Assembly: GCA_963727445.1 (NCBI GenBank)
Contig: CAVSGI010000010.1
Coordinates: 1 to 64,000 of the forward strand
Direction of reading: 5' to 3'
Source of the DNA: an uncultured delta proteobacterium
GTDB taxonomy: Bacteria > Myxococcota_A > Polyangia > Polyangiales > B10-G4
DNA: 64,000 bases
Shown here: in pieces, positions 38,602 through 48,944 of the stretch
Layout of the letters: each line of letters starts with the position of its first letter
Numbering within the stretch: the stretch's first letter is position 1
Notes under the pieces: model-generated
What the model saw: only the letters and a program-made list of their open reading frames with translations
Told to the model about the DNA's origin: nothing
Databases searched by the model: none
Translations under genes and position numbers: made by a program

Positions 38602-38647
38602 GGCGGCGGAGGGTGCCACGGCTCGCCCGCGGACGGAACGTCGCGAT

Positions 38648-39230
38648 TCAGTGATGCTCGTCGTCGGGCGCGATCATCGGCGCGGTGCGATCGACGGAAT
38701 CCCGGTCGACCATGGGAGGCATCGGTGGCTCCTCGACCATGGGCGGGGGCGGCGCCACCATCGGTGCGAGGTTCATGGGCGGCATGGGCGGCCGCCGCAC
38801 CATGGGCGGGGGCGGCGGATTCACCCGCTGCACCATCGGCGGCGGGGGTCGCCGAGATCATCGGCTCATTCGTTCGATGCCGGCGACGCCTGCGTGCCCG
38901 AAGCTGCAGCTCCTCTTCGTTGTCCCGCGCCGCCTCGTCCTCGTCGGCGGCGACCACCGGCGGCTCGCTGGGGAGCGGCGTGAGCTCCGCAGGCGGCGCG
39001 CTGGGCACCGCTTCGAGGGTCGCCGGCGCCGGCGTGCTCACTACCGGCGCCATCGCCGGCTCGGCGGGCGTCGGCGTCGGCTCCGCGTCCCGCCCGGTGC
39101 ACGCCGCGGTGCCGAGCGCGAGCGCGAAGCCCGTGCGCTTCACCATCGGTGTCTTGGACGAGGCTCGGAGTCGCGGAGCGGAGCGGCTGCGAGCCGCGAG
39201 TGCGTCCCCCCTCTTCTTCCCCCGGCTCAT
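38648..39230 (-). CDS. Pro/Met-rich repetitive putative lipoprotein (frameshift near 38847)
   Basis: Lipobox-like ALALGTAAC; after removing one C from a C5 run the frame continues PPPMVQRVNPPPPPMVRRPPMPPMNLAPMVAPPPPMV; ATGA overlap with the JmjC gene. Confidence 0.6.
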
Positions 39231-40234
39231 CGCACGTCTCCCGGGCGGTACCAATCGAAGTTGGTGTCTCGCGCGAAGTTCGAAAACGCCAGGCTGATCG
39301 ACACCGAGAGCGCGCGCACCTCGTGCCACCAACCCACCGGGATGAAGAGCGTCTCCCCCGGCGCGAGCACCACCTCGCGCACCAACACGTCCTCGAGCGA
39401 CTCCAGATCGATGGTGGCGTACATGCTCAGCGCGCCGCTGAAGAGCCGCTCCTCGGTCGGCGACACCAGGCGCACGCGCTTTTCGCCGTAGACCTGGGTG
39501 AACAGGATGTTGCTGCAGTCGTGGTGCAGCGGCGTCACCGTCCCCGCGGGTCCGAACCAGAGCGCCGAGCCTCCCCGCACGCGCGTCATGTCCAGGTAGC
39601 CCTCGGGGAAGGACACGTCGTCGAGGAGCGCCGCGAGCCCATCCTTTTCGAGGTTGCGGTTCTGCGCCACCAGATAGAAGTCGTTCGTCTCGGCCGCGCC
39701 CGCCGCCTCGACCCGCGCGACGTAGTCGCGCATCCGGATCGGATGCGAATGCTCCGCGGTGCGCGCGTCGTACCAGGGATCCGACTCGCGTTCGTCGGTC
39801 ATGGTGACCTCCACGTCGCCGAAGCGCTCCGCGAAAAAGCGCGGGCTCCAGCGCGTGAGCGCCGGCCAATCCTCGGCGAGTCGCGCGAGGATCACCGGCG
39901 TGCTCGTCGCGACGTAGCGCTGATAGAACGCCTCCGCCGACAGCGTGTCGACGCGCTCGATGGCGGCGGGCGCAGGCGACAGCCGCTCCACCGTCTGCCC
40001 GAGCGCCAGCACCCTGCTCAGCCGCTCCGCGCGCGCCGCGTGCGCGCGACCGACGTCCAGTATCGGCGAAGCCAGGAGCTCGTCGATCCGCGCATCGGCC
40101 TCGCCCGAGGGCACACCGCTCGCGAGCAGGGTCTCGCGCAGCCGCAGAGGGTCCACGCCACGCAAGAGGTTGTCCGCCAGCCAGCGCCGCCACGCAGGCG
40201 AAAGAGTCGTCTGAGCTCCCATGGTCGTCCCCAT
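39227..40234 (-). CDS. JmjC/cupin-8 Fe(II)/2OG oxygenase (FIH-like)
   Basis: WPALTRWS, LWFGPAGTVTPLHHD, QVYGEK, LFIPVGWWHEV (HxD...H triad). Confidence 0.92.
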   Translation of the reverse strand: MGTTMGAQTTLSPAWRRWLADNLLRGVDPLRLRETLLASGVPSGEADARIDELLASPILDVGRAHAARAERLSRVLALGQTVERLSPAPAAIERVDTLSAEAFYQRYVATSTPVILARLAEDWPALTRWSPRFFAERFGDVEVTMTDERESDPWYDARTAEHSHPIRMRDYVARVEAAGAAETNDFYLVAQNRNLEKDGLAALLDDVSFPEGYLDMTRVRGGSALWFGPAGTVTPLHHDCSNILFTQVYGEKRVRLVSPTEERLFSGALSMYATIDLESLEDVLVREVVLAPGETLFIPVGWWHEVRALSVSISLAFSNFARDTNFDWYRPGDVR

Positions 40235-40267
40235 GGTCGCTCTAGACGCATCAACCTGCCAAAGGCT

Positions 40268-42023
40268 TCAGCTCTTTCCCTGGACCAACCAGCTATCCCG
40301 CTTCTGCGGTGGGGCGGCGCTCTGCTCCGGCTGGCCGTTGTCCTGGCCCATCTCTTTGCCGATCTCCTCGAGGAGCTCCCGGCATTCGGGCTTGTCTTTG
40401 AGATGTGCGATCAGAGTCGCCGACGCCTCGGAGAAGGCCTTTTCGTATCCGAGGGCTTCGCGCACGCGCGTCGCGATGCGCTCGCGCCCGGTGGCGAGAT
40501 CCGTCTCGAGGGCCTCGCCGTAGCGCTGCAGCTGCGCCCGGAGATCGGTGATCTGCTTGCGCAGGTTCTCCGCGAGCTGCTCCTGGCTCGCCGCCTTGGC
40601 ATCGTGCTCCTTGAGCACCTCGTTCAGGGCGCGAACCCGTCCGGCCAGCGAGCCCGACTCCTCGAAGATCTTGCGGAGCGCCGCGACGTCGCCGCCAGAG
40701 GACATCGCCCCCTCGACCTTGGGCTTCGCCTGCTCGTACGCCTGGGCCGCGGCCGCCATCGCCCGCTTGACCCGCCGCGCGCGCTCGCGCTCTTCGGCGG
40801 CGCGTCGCGCGACCCGCGACTCCTCGTGGCTCAGCTCTTCGACCTTACGGCCGATCTCCGCACGGAGCGCGCGCCCCCGGCGCTCGATGGCTTCGAGCTT
40901 CTTGGCGTGGCTGGCCAGCTCGCCTTCGAGCTTGGAGGCGCGCGCCGCCAGGTCCCACATGTTGGCGCCGGCCTCGGCGATCTTCTCCGGCACCCGCCCG
41001 TTCGGGTAGGCGCGCGACATCAGACGGAGGAAGTTCGAGGCGCGCTTCGACCACTCGACGACGCCGGTGGATTGCGCGGGCGGCGGGGGAGGCGGCGCCA
41101 CCGGCGCTTCCTGTTGCGAGTGCAGCTCCCACGCGGTCGACGGGAGTGAGCGCTGCAGCGCTTTGAGCTCGTCCTGCAGGTGGTGGCCGTCGCGGAAGCG
41201 ATCCTCGGGCTTCTTCTCGAGGAGGTGGAGGATGATGCGGTTCGCCGCTTCGGGGAGATCCTTGCGCAGCTTGATCGGCTGCGGCGGCGGGGGCGCTGCG
41301 TTGCATCTCGAGGAGCGTCTCGCGGTCGCTCGAGCGGAACGGAAGCTGTCCCGTCGTCATCTCGAAGAAGAGGATCCCGAGCGCGTAGAGATCACTCGAC
41401 GCGATCGCATCCTCGCCACGCGCCTGCTCGGGCGACATGTACTCGGGCGTTCCGAACACCGCGCCCTTCGGCGCGAGCCGCGGATCACGCGCGAGAGCGG
41501 CCAGACCGAAGTCGAGGATCTTCACGTAGTCCTGACGGCCGCCGCGCTGCGTGAGCATGATGTTGTCGCTCTTGAGGTCGCGGTGGATGACCCCGAGGTC
41601 GTGGGCACGCGCGAGCGCGGCGGTCATCTGCTCGATGATGTCGACGGCCCGCGGCACGGGCATCTGCCCCTTGGCGATGATGCTGGAGAGGCTGGTCCCC
41701 GTGAGGTACTCCATCACCAGGTAGAGCTCGCCCTCTTCGGTCTCGCCCACGTCGTGGATGTCGACGATGTGCGCGTGATCGACCCGGTTCGCCGCGCGAG
41801 CTTCGCGAAGCATCCACGCGCGCAGGTGCGTCTCGCCTTTGAGGTCGGGCCGGATCAGCTTCAGCGCCACCACCCGATCGATGAGCACGTGACGGGCGCG
41901 ATAGACCACACCCATACCGCCCTCGCCGAGGCGCGCCTCGAGGCGATATCGCCCTGCGATGACCTTTCCGAGATACGCGTCTTTCCTACGTCTCGATGAT
42001 GAGCTCGCGGTCGCTGTCGCCAT
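40268..42023 (-). CDS. Ser/Thr protein kinase with C-terminal coiled coil (frameshift near 41290)
   Basis: GEGGMG, VALK, HRDLKSDN, DFG, YMSPEQ. Removing one C from a C5 run restores PPPQPIKLR...LLEKKPEDRF and joins ORF 40268..41101. Confidence 0.88.
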
Positions 42024-42226
42024 GCGCACCCTTTGAAAAAAGCGGTCCCCAGAATACATGCGGGGAGGGGGGGCCGGAAGGGAGATCCTGCCGTCCGGAC
42101 GGCAAACTTTCGGGGGCGCCAGAAATCCCGGGGGGTGTCCGGGATCCCCCTACAAGAGGTGGCGGTCGTGATCGTATTCTGGTCCGTGGGCCCCGTCCGC
42201 CGTCGGGCCAGGCTCGGGACGAGAGA

Positions 42227-44185
42227 TTGAAGAAGGCACGCCTCGGCGACTACGTGATCGAGAAGCGCCTCGCCACCGGAGGCATGGCGGAGGTGTTCGT
42301 CGCCTCTCGCCAGGGAGCCCATGGCTTCGTCAAGCGCGTCGCTCTCAAATGCATCCTCCCCCAGTACGCGAGGGACCCCGACTTCGTCACGATGTTCGTG
42401 AACGAAGCGCGCCTCGCCGCGCATCTCGAACACCCCAACATCGTTCAGGTCTTCGATTTCGGCGAGCACGACCACGAGCTCTTCCTCGCGATGGAGTTGG
42501 TGGTCGGCAGCAACGTCAATCGGCTCCTGCGAGCGGTGGCCAACCGCGAGGAGACGGTTCCCCTCGACGTCGCCCTCCACATCACGTCACAGACGGCGCG
42601 CTCGCTGGCCTACGCACATCGGGCCCGCGATGCCGAGGGTGAGCCGCTCGGGATCGTCCACCGCGACGTGAGCCCTGCGAACATCCTCCTCACCGACACT
42701 GGCCACGTGAAGCTCAGCGACTTCGGTATCGCCCGTGTCGACAATCGCTCGAGCCGCACCGACGACGGCCACGTCCGCGGCAAGCTGGGCTACATGTCAC
42801 CGGAGCAGGTCATGGGACGGCCGCTCGATGGACGGAGCGACGTCTTCACGCTCACGACGGTCTTCGCCGAGATGCTCCTCGCCGAGCCGCTCTTCGGCAC
42901 GGGGCAGGATCTCGACATCCTCTTGCGCATCCGCGACGTCGACCTGAAAGCGATCACGCGCAGCTCGCGGCGCATTCCGCAGGACGTGATGAAGCTCCTG
43001 CGCCTCGGGCTCGAGGCCGATCCCAGCCGGCGTCCGAGCTCGTCAGCCTTCGCCGACGCCGTCGACGACGTGATGCGGCGGCGCGGCATCGTGCGCGGCC
43101 CCGAGCGCCTGGCGAAGCTCCTGCACCGCCTCGAGCTGGTGAAGGGCTCGGTGATGGACGAGCGCCCCATGGCGCCGGGGGGGAGGCCGACCAACCTCTT
43201 CGATACCACCGGCGTCAGCACCGAGCTCGGCTCGGTGGAGCTGGGCACCGACACCCCGTCGATCTACCGCGTGCGTCAGGTGGACGGCCGCGAGGTCGGG
43301 CCCTTCTCCTTCCCTCAGCTGGTGCAGATGGTGACCACCGGCAAGATCGCCGCCTCCACCCCGATCTCCCGCGAGGGCTCGGACTACGTGCCCGCCCACG
43401 CGATCGACGAGCTGCGCCGCTTCGTGATGTCGCCCGCGCTCTCGTGGCGGGACGAGGAGGTGACCGAGGCGACCCGGGTCGGCGATCTCGGCAGCGGGCG
43501 CCTGCTGCCCTTCGTCCACGACATCGCGTCCGGTCGGGTCACCGGCGTGCTGCATCTCTTCGACGACACCCGCCGCAAGAAGATCTACTTCAACGAGGGC
43601 CACCCGGAGTTCGTTGCCTCCACCGACAAGAACGAGCTCCTCGGCGAGTTCCTCGTCGCCAACGGCACCTGCCTCCGCATGGAGGTCGAGATGGCGCTCG
43701 CGCTGCTGCCCCGATACCACGGTCGCCTCGGAGATGCGCTGGTGGGGCTCGGCGTGCTTCGGCCGGTGGAGCTCTTCAAGGCCGTCGCCGCTCAGGTGAA
43801 GACCCGTTACCTGGAGGCGTTTCGCTGGCGCGAGGGCCGTTGGGCCTTCGTGCCCGACGTGCGCTGCGAGGAGGAGGTCTACCCCCTCGGTCACGACAGC
43901 CGGGAGCTCATGCGCGATGCGGCCTTCGAGGCGCACCCCGAAGAGCTCGAGGCGGCGCTCGCGCCCCTGAAGGACAAGGTGATGGTGAAGGTGGCCCAGC
44001 CCGAGGCGCCGCTCTCTGCCTATCGGCCCCCGGAGCATTGGTTCCGCCTCCTCGACGTCTCCGGGGAGACGACCCTCGCGGCGATCCTGGCGCGGGAGTC
44101 GGTCCAGGGGGGCGTCGACAGCGAGGAGGTCTACCGGGCCTTCTACCTCGGCGTGTCCTGCGGCCTGGTCACCGCGGCGGCCTGA
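42227..44185 (+). CDS. Ser/Thr protein kinase with GYF-2-like and DUF4388-like domains
   Basis: ATGGMAEV, HRDVSPAN, DFG, GKLGYMSPEQ; EVGPFS (GYF-2); TGVLHL...KIYFNEG...LLGEFLV...RLGDALV. TTG start is inferred. Confidence 0.9.
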   Translation: MKKARLGDYVIEKRLATGGMAEVFVASRQGAHGFVKRVALKCILPQYARDPDFVTMFVNEARLAAHLEHPNIVQVFDFGEHDHELFLAMELVVGSNVNRLLRAVANREETVPLDVALHITSQTARSLAYAHRARDAEGEPLGIVHRDVSPANILLTDTGHVKLSDFGIARVDNRSSRTDDGHVRGKLGYMSPEQVMGRPLDGRSDVFTLTTVFAEMLLAEPLFGTGQDLDILLRIRDVDLKAITRSSRRIPQDVMKLLRLGLEADPSRRPSSSAFADAVDDVMRRRGIVRGPERLAKLLHRLELVKGSVMDERPMAPGGRPTNLFDTTGVSTELGSVELGTDTPSIYRVRQVDGREVGPFSFPQLVQMVTTGKIAASTPISREGSDYVPAHAIDELRRFVMSPALSWRDEEVTEATRVGDLGSGRLLPFVHDIASGRVTGVLHLFDDTRRKKIYFNEGHPEFVASTDKNELLGEFLVANGTCLRMEVEMALALLPRYHGRLGDALVGLGVLRPVELFKAVAAQVKTRYLEAFRWREGRWAFVPDVRCEEEVYPLGHDSRELMRDAAFEAHPEELEAALAPLKDKVMVKVAQPEAPLSAYRPPEHWFRLLDVSGETTLAAILARESVQGGVDSEEVYRAFYLGVSCGLVTAAA

Positions 44186-44245
44186 GCGCCACTCTGGCTT
44201 TCTCCACCCTCGACAGCGCAGCGCTGTCGGATTAAACGAAGGTCC

Positions 44246-45073
44246 GTGTCGACCTTCTTCCACCTCGAGCGGCCCGAGCAGGGCGACACCGCCGTGATGG
44301 TGGAGGTGCCCCACGCGGGGTTGGCGGTGCCCGATCGGGTGAGGAGCCAGCTCCTCGCCACCCAGGACGACATCGAGCGGGACGCGGACATCTACGTCGA
44401 CAAGCTCTGCGCCGAGGTGGTCGGGGTGGGCGCGACCCTGCTGGCCGCCCGCGTCTCCCGCTACGTGGTGGACCTGAACCGCGCGCCGGACGACGTCGAT
44501 CGGGAGACGGTCTCGGACCATCCCACGCCCAAAGCGCTGCAGCCGCGCGGCGTGGTCTGGCGCATGACCACCACCGGAGCGCCCGCGCTCGCGCGTCCTC
44601 TCACCGGCGCGGAGCTCGCAGACCGCCTCGCGCACTTTCACACCCCCTACCACGACGCCCTGCGGCAGGAGCTCGAGCGCCTCTCTGGACGCTTCGGCTT
44701 TGCGCTCCTGGTGGCTGCGCATTCGATGCCATCGGTGGGACGCGCCGGACACGGCGACACCGGGGTGCGCCGCGCGGACATCGTCCCGGGCACGCGTGGC
44801 CGCAACACCGCCGATGCGCGCGTGATCGACCTCGTGGACTCGCACTTCCGTGCGGCCGGCCTGAGCGTACGCCACGACGACCCCTACCGCGGGGGCTACA
44901 CCACGTCGCACTACGGCCGGCCGTCGACGGGCGTGCACGCGGTGCAGATCGAGATCAACCGCGCGCTCTACGTCAACGAGTCGACGGGCGAGCCCCGCCA
45001 CGGCGACTTCGAACGTTTGCGCGCCCTGATCACCGAGCTGGTCGAGCGCCTGGGACGCCTCGACCTGCGGTAG
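44246..45073 (+). CDS. N-formylglutamate amidohydrolase family protein
   Basis: VPHAG, D.YVD, SRYVVDLNR, PYH, HSMPS, PYRGGYTT..YG.P...HAVQIEINRALY. Confidence 0.9.
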   Translation: MSTFFHLERPEQGDTAVMVEVPHAGLAVPDRVRSQLLATQDDIERDADIYVDKLCAEVVGVGATLLAARVSRYVVDLNRAPDDVDRETVSDHPTPKALQPRGVVWRMTTTGAPALARPLTGAELADRLAHFHTPYHDALRQELERLSGRFGFALLVAAHSMPSVGRAGHGDTGVRRADIVPGTRGRNTADARVIDLVDSHFRAAGLSVRHDDPYRGGYTTSHYGRPSTGVHAVQIEINRALYVNESTGEPRHGDFERLRALITELVERLGRLDLR

Positions 45074-45090
45074 CCCCACGCGAGCGCCGT

Positions 45091-45351
45091 CTACTGAACG
45101 GCGGGGGCTTCGCTGGCCGCGAGCGCATCCCCCGAGCGAACCTCGAGGCGGTAGCGGCTGTTGGCGGTCTGGAGGTAGTAGACGTCGCCGCCGCAGACGC
45201 GGAGGATCCGCTTCACGGGTGTGGTGACGTACTCGTGAAGGCCATCGGGAAATTCGATGACCACGACCGAGCCTTTACGAGGTGCGCGAAGCAACCGTCC
45301 TACGACGGCCCGACCCGGCTTGCGACCTACCTTGCGGAGTACAACCTCCAC
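45091..45351 (-). CDS. Small hypothetical protein
   Basis: 86-aa ORF with typical codon usage and beta-rich pattern (YVTTPVKRIL, YYLQTANSRYRLEV). Confidence 0.6.
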   Translation of the reverse strand: MEVVLRKVGRKPGRAVVGRLLRAPRKGSVVVIEFPDGLHEYVTTPVKRILRVCGGDVYYLQTANSRYRLEVRSGDALAASEAPAVQ

Positions 45352-45529
45352 GACTAATCGAGGCTAGCACAGGCCCGATTCGGGGCAAAACCCCAGAAGG
45401 CATCGTCCCTCCATTTTTGGGGTCGATCTGTACACCTTGTGTGCTTTGGGTGCACCTCACCCCCCTTGCCGAAAAACCGGGCTTCCACGCTTGAATCGGG
45501 CGGTCCCGGGGCGTAGAGAGCGAGCCCGT

Positions 45530-46126
45530 ATGCTCGTGATGCCGTCAGGGGCTGGCTGGATCGAGGTGATCTGCGGTCCGATGTTCAGCGGGAAGAGCGA
45601 GGAGCTCATCCGTCGCCTTCGCCGCGCCCAGATCGCGCGGCAGCCGCTCCAGGCCTTCAAGCCGCGGATCGACGACCGGTACCACGCCGAGCAGATCGTC
45701 AGCCACTCGGCGGTCGCGATCGACGCCGTTCCGGTGAAGGACGAAAAGGAGCTGGCGCGGCTCGTCCGCGCCGATACGCGGGTCGTGGGAATCGACGAGG
45801 CGCAGTTCTTCGACGACGATCTCGTTCCGCTGGTCGAACGCCTGGCGCGGAGCGGCGTGCGGGTGATCCTGGCGGGTCTCGACCAGGACTACACCGGCGC
45901 ACCTTTCGCGCCCATGCCCGCGCTCCTCTCGGTGGCCGAGATGGTCACCAAGACCCTCGCGATCTGCACCCGATGCGGCGCCCCCGCCGGACGCTCCCAG
46001 CGCCTCTCCGCGGGGGCCGACCAGGTGGTCGTCGGCGCCACCGACATCTACGAAGCGCGATGTCGTCGCTGCCACGATCCGCGGGTCGAGCCGACCACCC
46101 GCGATCTCTTCAGCGATCCGCGCTGA
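45530..46126 (+). CDS. tdk: Thymidine kinase
   Basis: [32 protein letters not shown], Zn-binding C..C and YEARCRRCH. Confidence 0.97.
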   Translation: MLVMPSGAGWIEVICGPMFSGKSEELIRRLRRAQIARQPLQAFKPRIDDRYHAEQIVSHSAVAIDAVPVKDEKELARLVRADTRVVGIDEAQFFDDDLVPLVERLARSGVRVILAGLDQDYTGAPFAPMPALLSVAEMVTKTLAICTRCGAPAGRSQRLSAGADQVVVGATDIYEARCRRCHDPRVEPTTRDLFSDPR

Positions 46127-46877
46127 TCAGCGCGAAGTGGAACGAGACCAGCAGCTCGTCCGCCCGGATGGAGGTGCTGACCGCCGCGAGCGGCTCCGAG
46201 AGACACGAGCGCAGCGCCTCGTCGGGCAGGCTCTCGGGCCCGCGGGAGCGGGTCGCGATCTCGACGGGCGCGCCGGGAACGAAGGTCAGCCGCAGGTCAC
46301 CCGGCCCGGTCTCGGTCGGTAGGCCGGTGCACGTCGGCAACGTCTCGAGCGCCGCCCACACGGTCGCTTCGAGGTCGCGATCGCGCGGGCAGGGGAAGGG
46401 CCCCCGCACGGGCGGCACGCCATCGCATTGCAGATACGCCACGCGCCCGAGACCCACGCGACGGGGAACCACCGTCCCCGTTCCCACACCACCACCCGTT
46501 CCCGTTCCCGTTCCCGTCTCCGTTGCCGCTTCCGCTCCCGTCCCCGTTGCCGTTGCCGCTTCCGTTCCCGTTCCCGTTCCCGTTCCCGTTCCCGTTCCCG
46601 TTGCCGCTTCCGCTCCCGCTCCCGTCTCCGTTGCCGCTTCCGTTTCCGCTTCCGTCCCCGTCCCCGTTCCCGTTCCCGCTTCCGCAACCGACTCCGTTTC
46701 CGACTCCGTCTCTGCCACGGCCGCGACCCCCTCCTGCGTTCCCGCCTCCGCTCCTTCGAGGCTGACGCTCGCCAACCACACGCCGACGGCGAAGGGGAGG
46801 ATGGCTGCCGCGGCGAGGGGGAGCGGCCGCAGGCGATCCGCGCTGGGCGGAGGAACCAGGAGCTTCGGGCGGGCCAT
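46110..46877 (-). CDS. Membrane-anchored hypothetical protein with GT/AET low-complexity stalk
   Basis: TM helix, hexamer-encoded stalk, Cys-containing C-terminal domain. Confidence 0.6.
   Translation of the reverse strand: MARPKLLVPPPSADRLRPLPLAAAAILPFAVGVWLASVSLEGAEAGTQEGVAAVAETESETESVAEAGTGTGTGTEAETEAATETGAGAEAATGTGTGTGTGTGTEAATATGTGAEAATETGTGTGTGGGVGTGTVVPRRVGLGRVAYLQCDGVPPVRGPFPCPRDRDLEATVWAALETLPTCTGLPTETGPGDLRLTFVPGAPVEIATRSRGPESLPDEALRSCLSEPLAAVSTSIRADELLVSFHFALISADR
46471..46720. repeat. Hexanucleotide tandem repeat tract (ttcccg and variants)
   Basis: Runs such as cccgttcccgttcccgttcccgtt, interspersed with gttgccgcttccgct units. Confidence 0.9.
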
Positions 46878-47049
46878 CGAGACCGCTCCTTAGCACATGT
46901 CCGACGCGGCATTGTGCCGCGGCACGGTTGCGTTCCCGCAGGCCTGCCGCGTCGCCGCCGCGCGCTTCGTCAACGATCCCCATGCGCGCGGCCGGGCATG
47001 GTCGCTGCAGTGCCGGTGGCGCGGGGGAACAACAAGCAGGAGGGCCGCC

Positions 47050-47865
47050 ATGGCCGAGAGCCGCCTCTACCGCACCTCGTTCGACCGCTATCGCTCCTCA
47101 CTCTCGCACGTCTCGCCCCTGTCGGCGGAGGTCGAGCGAGAGCTCGCCGCGCGTTGGGCCGAGGGTGACGAGGACGCGGGCCGACGTCTGGTGGAAGCAT
47201 CCCTGCCCTTCGTCATCCGCATCGCGCGGGAGTACCGCCGTTGGGGCGTTCCCCTCGACGACCTGGTGCAGCAGGGCAACCTCGGGCTCTTGAAGGCCGC
47301 GAAGAAGTACGACCCCTCGAAGCAGTGCCGTCTGATCACCTACGCGGTCTACTGGATCCGCGCCGAGATCCGCGACTACGTCGTGCGGAGCTATCGCATC
47401 GTTCGCTTGGGGACGACCCGCACCGAGCGCCGGGCGATGCGCGCCTTCCGCCGCACCCCGGTCGAGTCTCCCGAGGCGCTCGCCGAAGCGAGCGGGATGC
47501 CCCTCGGTCGCGCCAAGAAGCTCTGGCCGCTCCTGTCGGCCGGCGACGTCTCCCTCGACTACCAGACCGCCGAGCGGGGCCCGGGGATCGATCGGGTTCG
47601 CGCGCGCGGGATGAATCCCGAAGAGGAGGCCGGGCGCGTGGCCGAGATCGTCGGCATCCGCGCGCGCCTCGACACCGCCTTCGAGAAGCTCGATCAGCGC
47701 GAGCAGCGCATCGTCCGCGCCCGCCTCATGAGCGACGAGCCCCTGACCCTCGAAGCTTTGGGTCGCGAGATGGGCGTCAGCAAGGAGCGCGTTCGCCAGC
47801 TGGAAGAGCGGGTTTGTAAGAAGCTCCGCGGCGAGCTGGCCGACTTCCGTCCCCAGGCAGCCTGA
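47050..47865 (+). CDS. RpoH-like (sigma32 subfamily) sigma factor
   Basis: DLVQQGNLGLLKAAKKYDP, YAVYWIRAEIRDYVVRSYRIVRLGTT (RpoH-box region), VSKERVRQLE. Confidence 0.9.
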   Translation: MAESRLYRTSFDRYRSSLSHVSPLSAEVERELAARWAEGDEDAGRRLVEASLPFVIRIAREYRRWGVPLDDLVQQGNLGLLKAAKKYDPSKQCRLITYAVYWIRAEIRDYVVRSYRIVRLGTTRTERRAMRAFRRTPVESPEALAEASGMPLGRAKKLWPLLSAGDVSLDYQTAERGPGIDRVRARGMNPEEEAGRVAEIVGIRARLDTAFEKLDQREQRIVRARLMSDEPLTLEALGREMGVSKERVRQLEERVCKKLRGELADFRPQAA

Positions 47866-47932
47866 GCTCGGGCGGCGCGACGCCGCGTTGTCGTTGCAAA
47901 ATCGGGGGCAGCGCTCCATCGTATGGGGCGCG

Positions 47933-48919
47933 ATGAGCCGCTCCGGATTCCTCCCCTTCGCCATGGCCGCCGCTGCCCTACCCGCCCTGCTCGCGGGCTG
48001 TCAGCCTCAGCTCGGCCAATGCGACACCGAAGGGGCCTTCACCCTGGTGGTCGACCGCAACGGCTATCCCTCCTACGCGGGTCAGGCGATGATCCAACAG
48101 GCCTGTAGCCCCTGCCACAGCGTCGGCGCCACCGGCGCGACCCGCCGCGGCGCCCCCGCCAACCTGAACTTCGACGCTGCCCCCTCGCGTAGCGACGATC
48201 CCTCCATGCCGGACATGGAGGTGGTGGAGCGTCTCGCCATTTCCCGGCAGTCGATCTTCGACCACCGCTTCGCGATGTTCTCCACCGTCGAGACCGGCTC
48301 CATGCCGCCAGGCGAGGCCGGCCTCGCGGCGCTCATCGATGCCGGCTTCACCTATCTCGACAGCGGGCAGCCCATGCCCTACATCGACTCCGCCGAAGGC
48401 GAGGACATCTACAAGAACTGGCTCGCCTGCGGCGGGCCGATGGTCACGCAGACCGCCGAGCCCGGCGACAGCGACGCACCTGGCGCGCCGTGCGATCCCG
48501 GGGGCTACACCCTCCAAGACGCCGAGCACTGCTACTACCGGCGCACCGCGCCGCCCATCGACCCCACGTGGACCGCGATCTACAGCGCCATCATCGTCGA
48601 CGGCGGCTGCGTGAGCTGCCATGGACCGGGGCCGGCGTCCTTCATCATGCAGAGCGCCCTCGACCTGAGCGACAAGGACGCAGGCTACGCGGCGTTGGTG
48701 AACGTCCCCGCGATGGGCTCGCCCTGCGCAGACGAGGGCGGCGCGGTCCGCGTCATCCCCGGCGACGCGGACGGCTCGCTCCTGATCCACAAGCTCGAAA
48801 ACCACACCGCCGACGGCAGCGACGTCTGTGGCGACTCCATGCCCCTGGGCGTGCTCCTCCCCCCGAGCCAGATCGCCGTGGTCCGACAGTGGATCGACGA
48901 CGGCGCGATGGACAATTGA
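47933..48919 (+). CDS. Diheme cytochrome c-type lipoprotein (planctomycete cytochrome c-like C-terminal domain)
   Basis: Lipobox LAGC; CSPCH...SMPP; CVSCH...RVIPGDADGSLL...MP...WIDDGA. Confidence 0.8.
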   Translation: MSRSGFLPFAMAAAALPALLAGCQPQLGQCDTEGAFTLVVDRNGYPSYAGQAMIQQACSPCHSVGATGATRRGAPANLNFDAAPSRSDDPSMPDMEVVERLAISRQSIFDHRFAMFSTVETGSMPPGEAGLAALIDAGFTYLDSGQPMPYIDSAEGEDIYKNWLACGGPMVTQTAEPGDSDAPGAPCDPGGYTLQDAEHCYYRRTAPPIDPTWTAIYSAIIVDGGCVSCHGPGPASFIMQSALDLSDKDAGYAALVNVPAMGSPCADEGGAVRVIPGDADGSLLIHKLENHTADGSDVCGDSMPLGVLLPPSQIAVVRQWIDDGAMDN

Positions 48920-48944
48920 ACGAGATTGAGTAAAGGGCACCCTG

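Noticed and set aside
44246..45073. A hut (histidine utilisation) operon linking the formylglutamate amidohydrolase with the HutH-like lyase
   Set aside because: The genes are about 10 kb apart, hutU and hutI are absent, and the lyase lacks the MIO motif.
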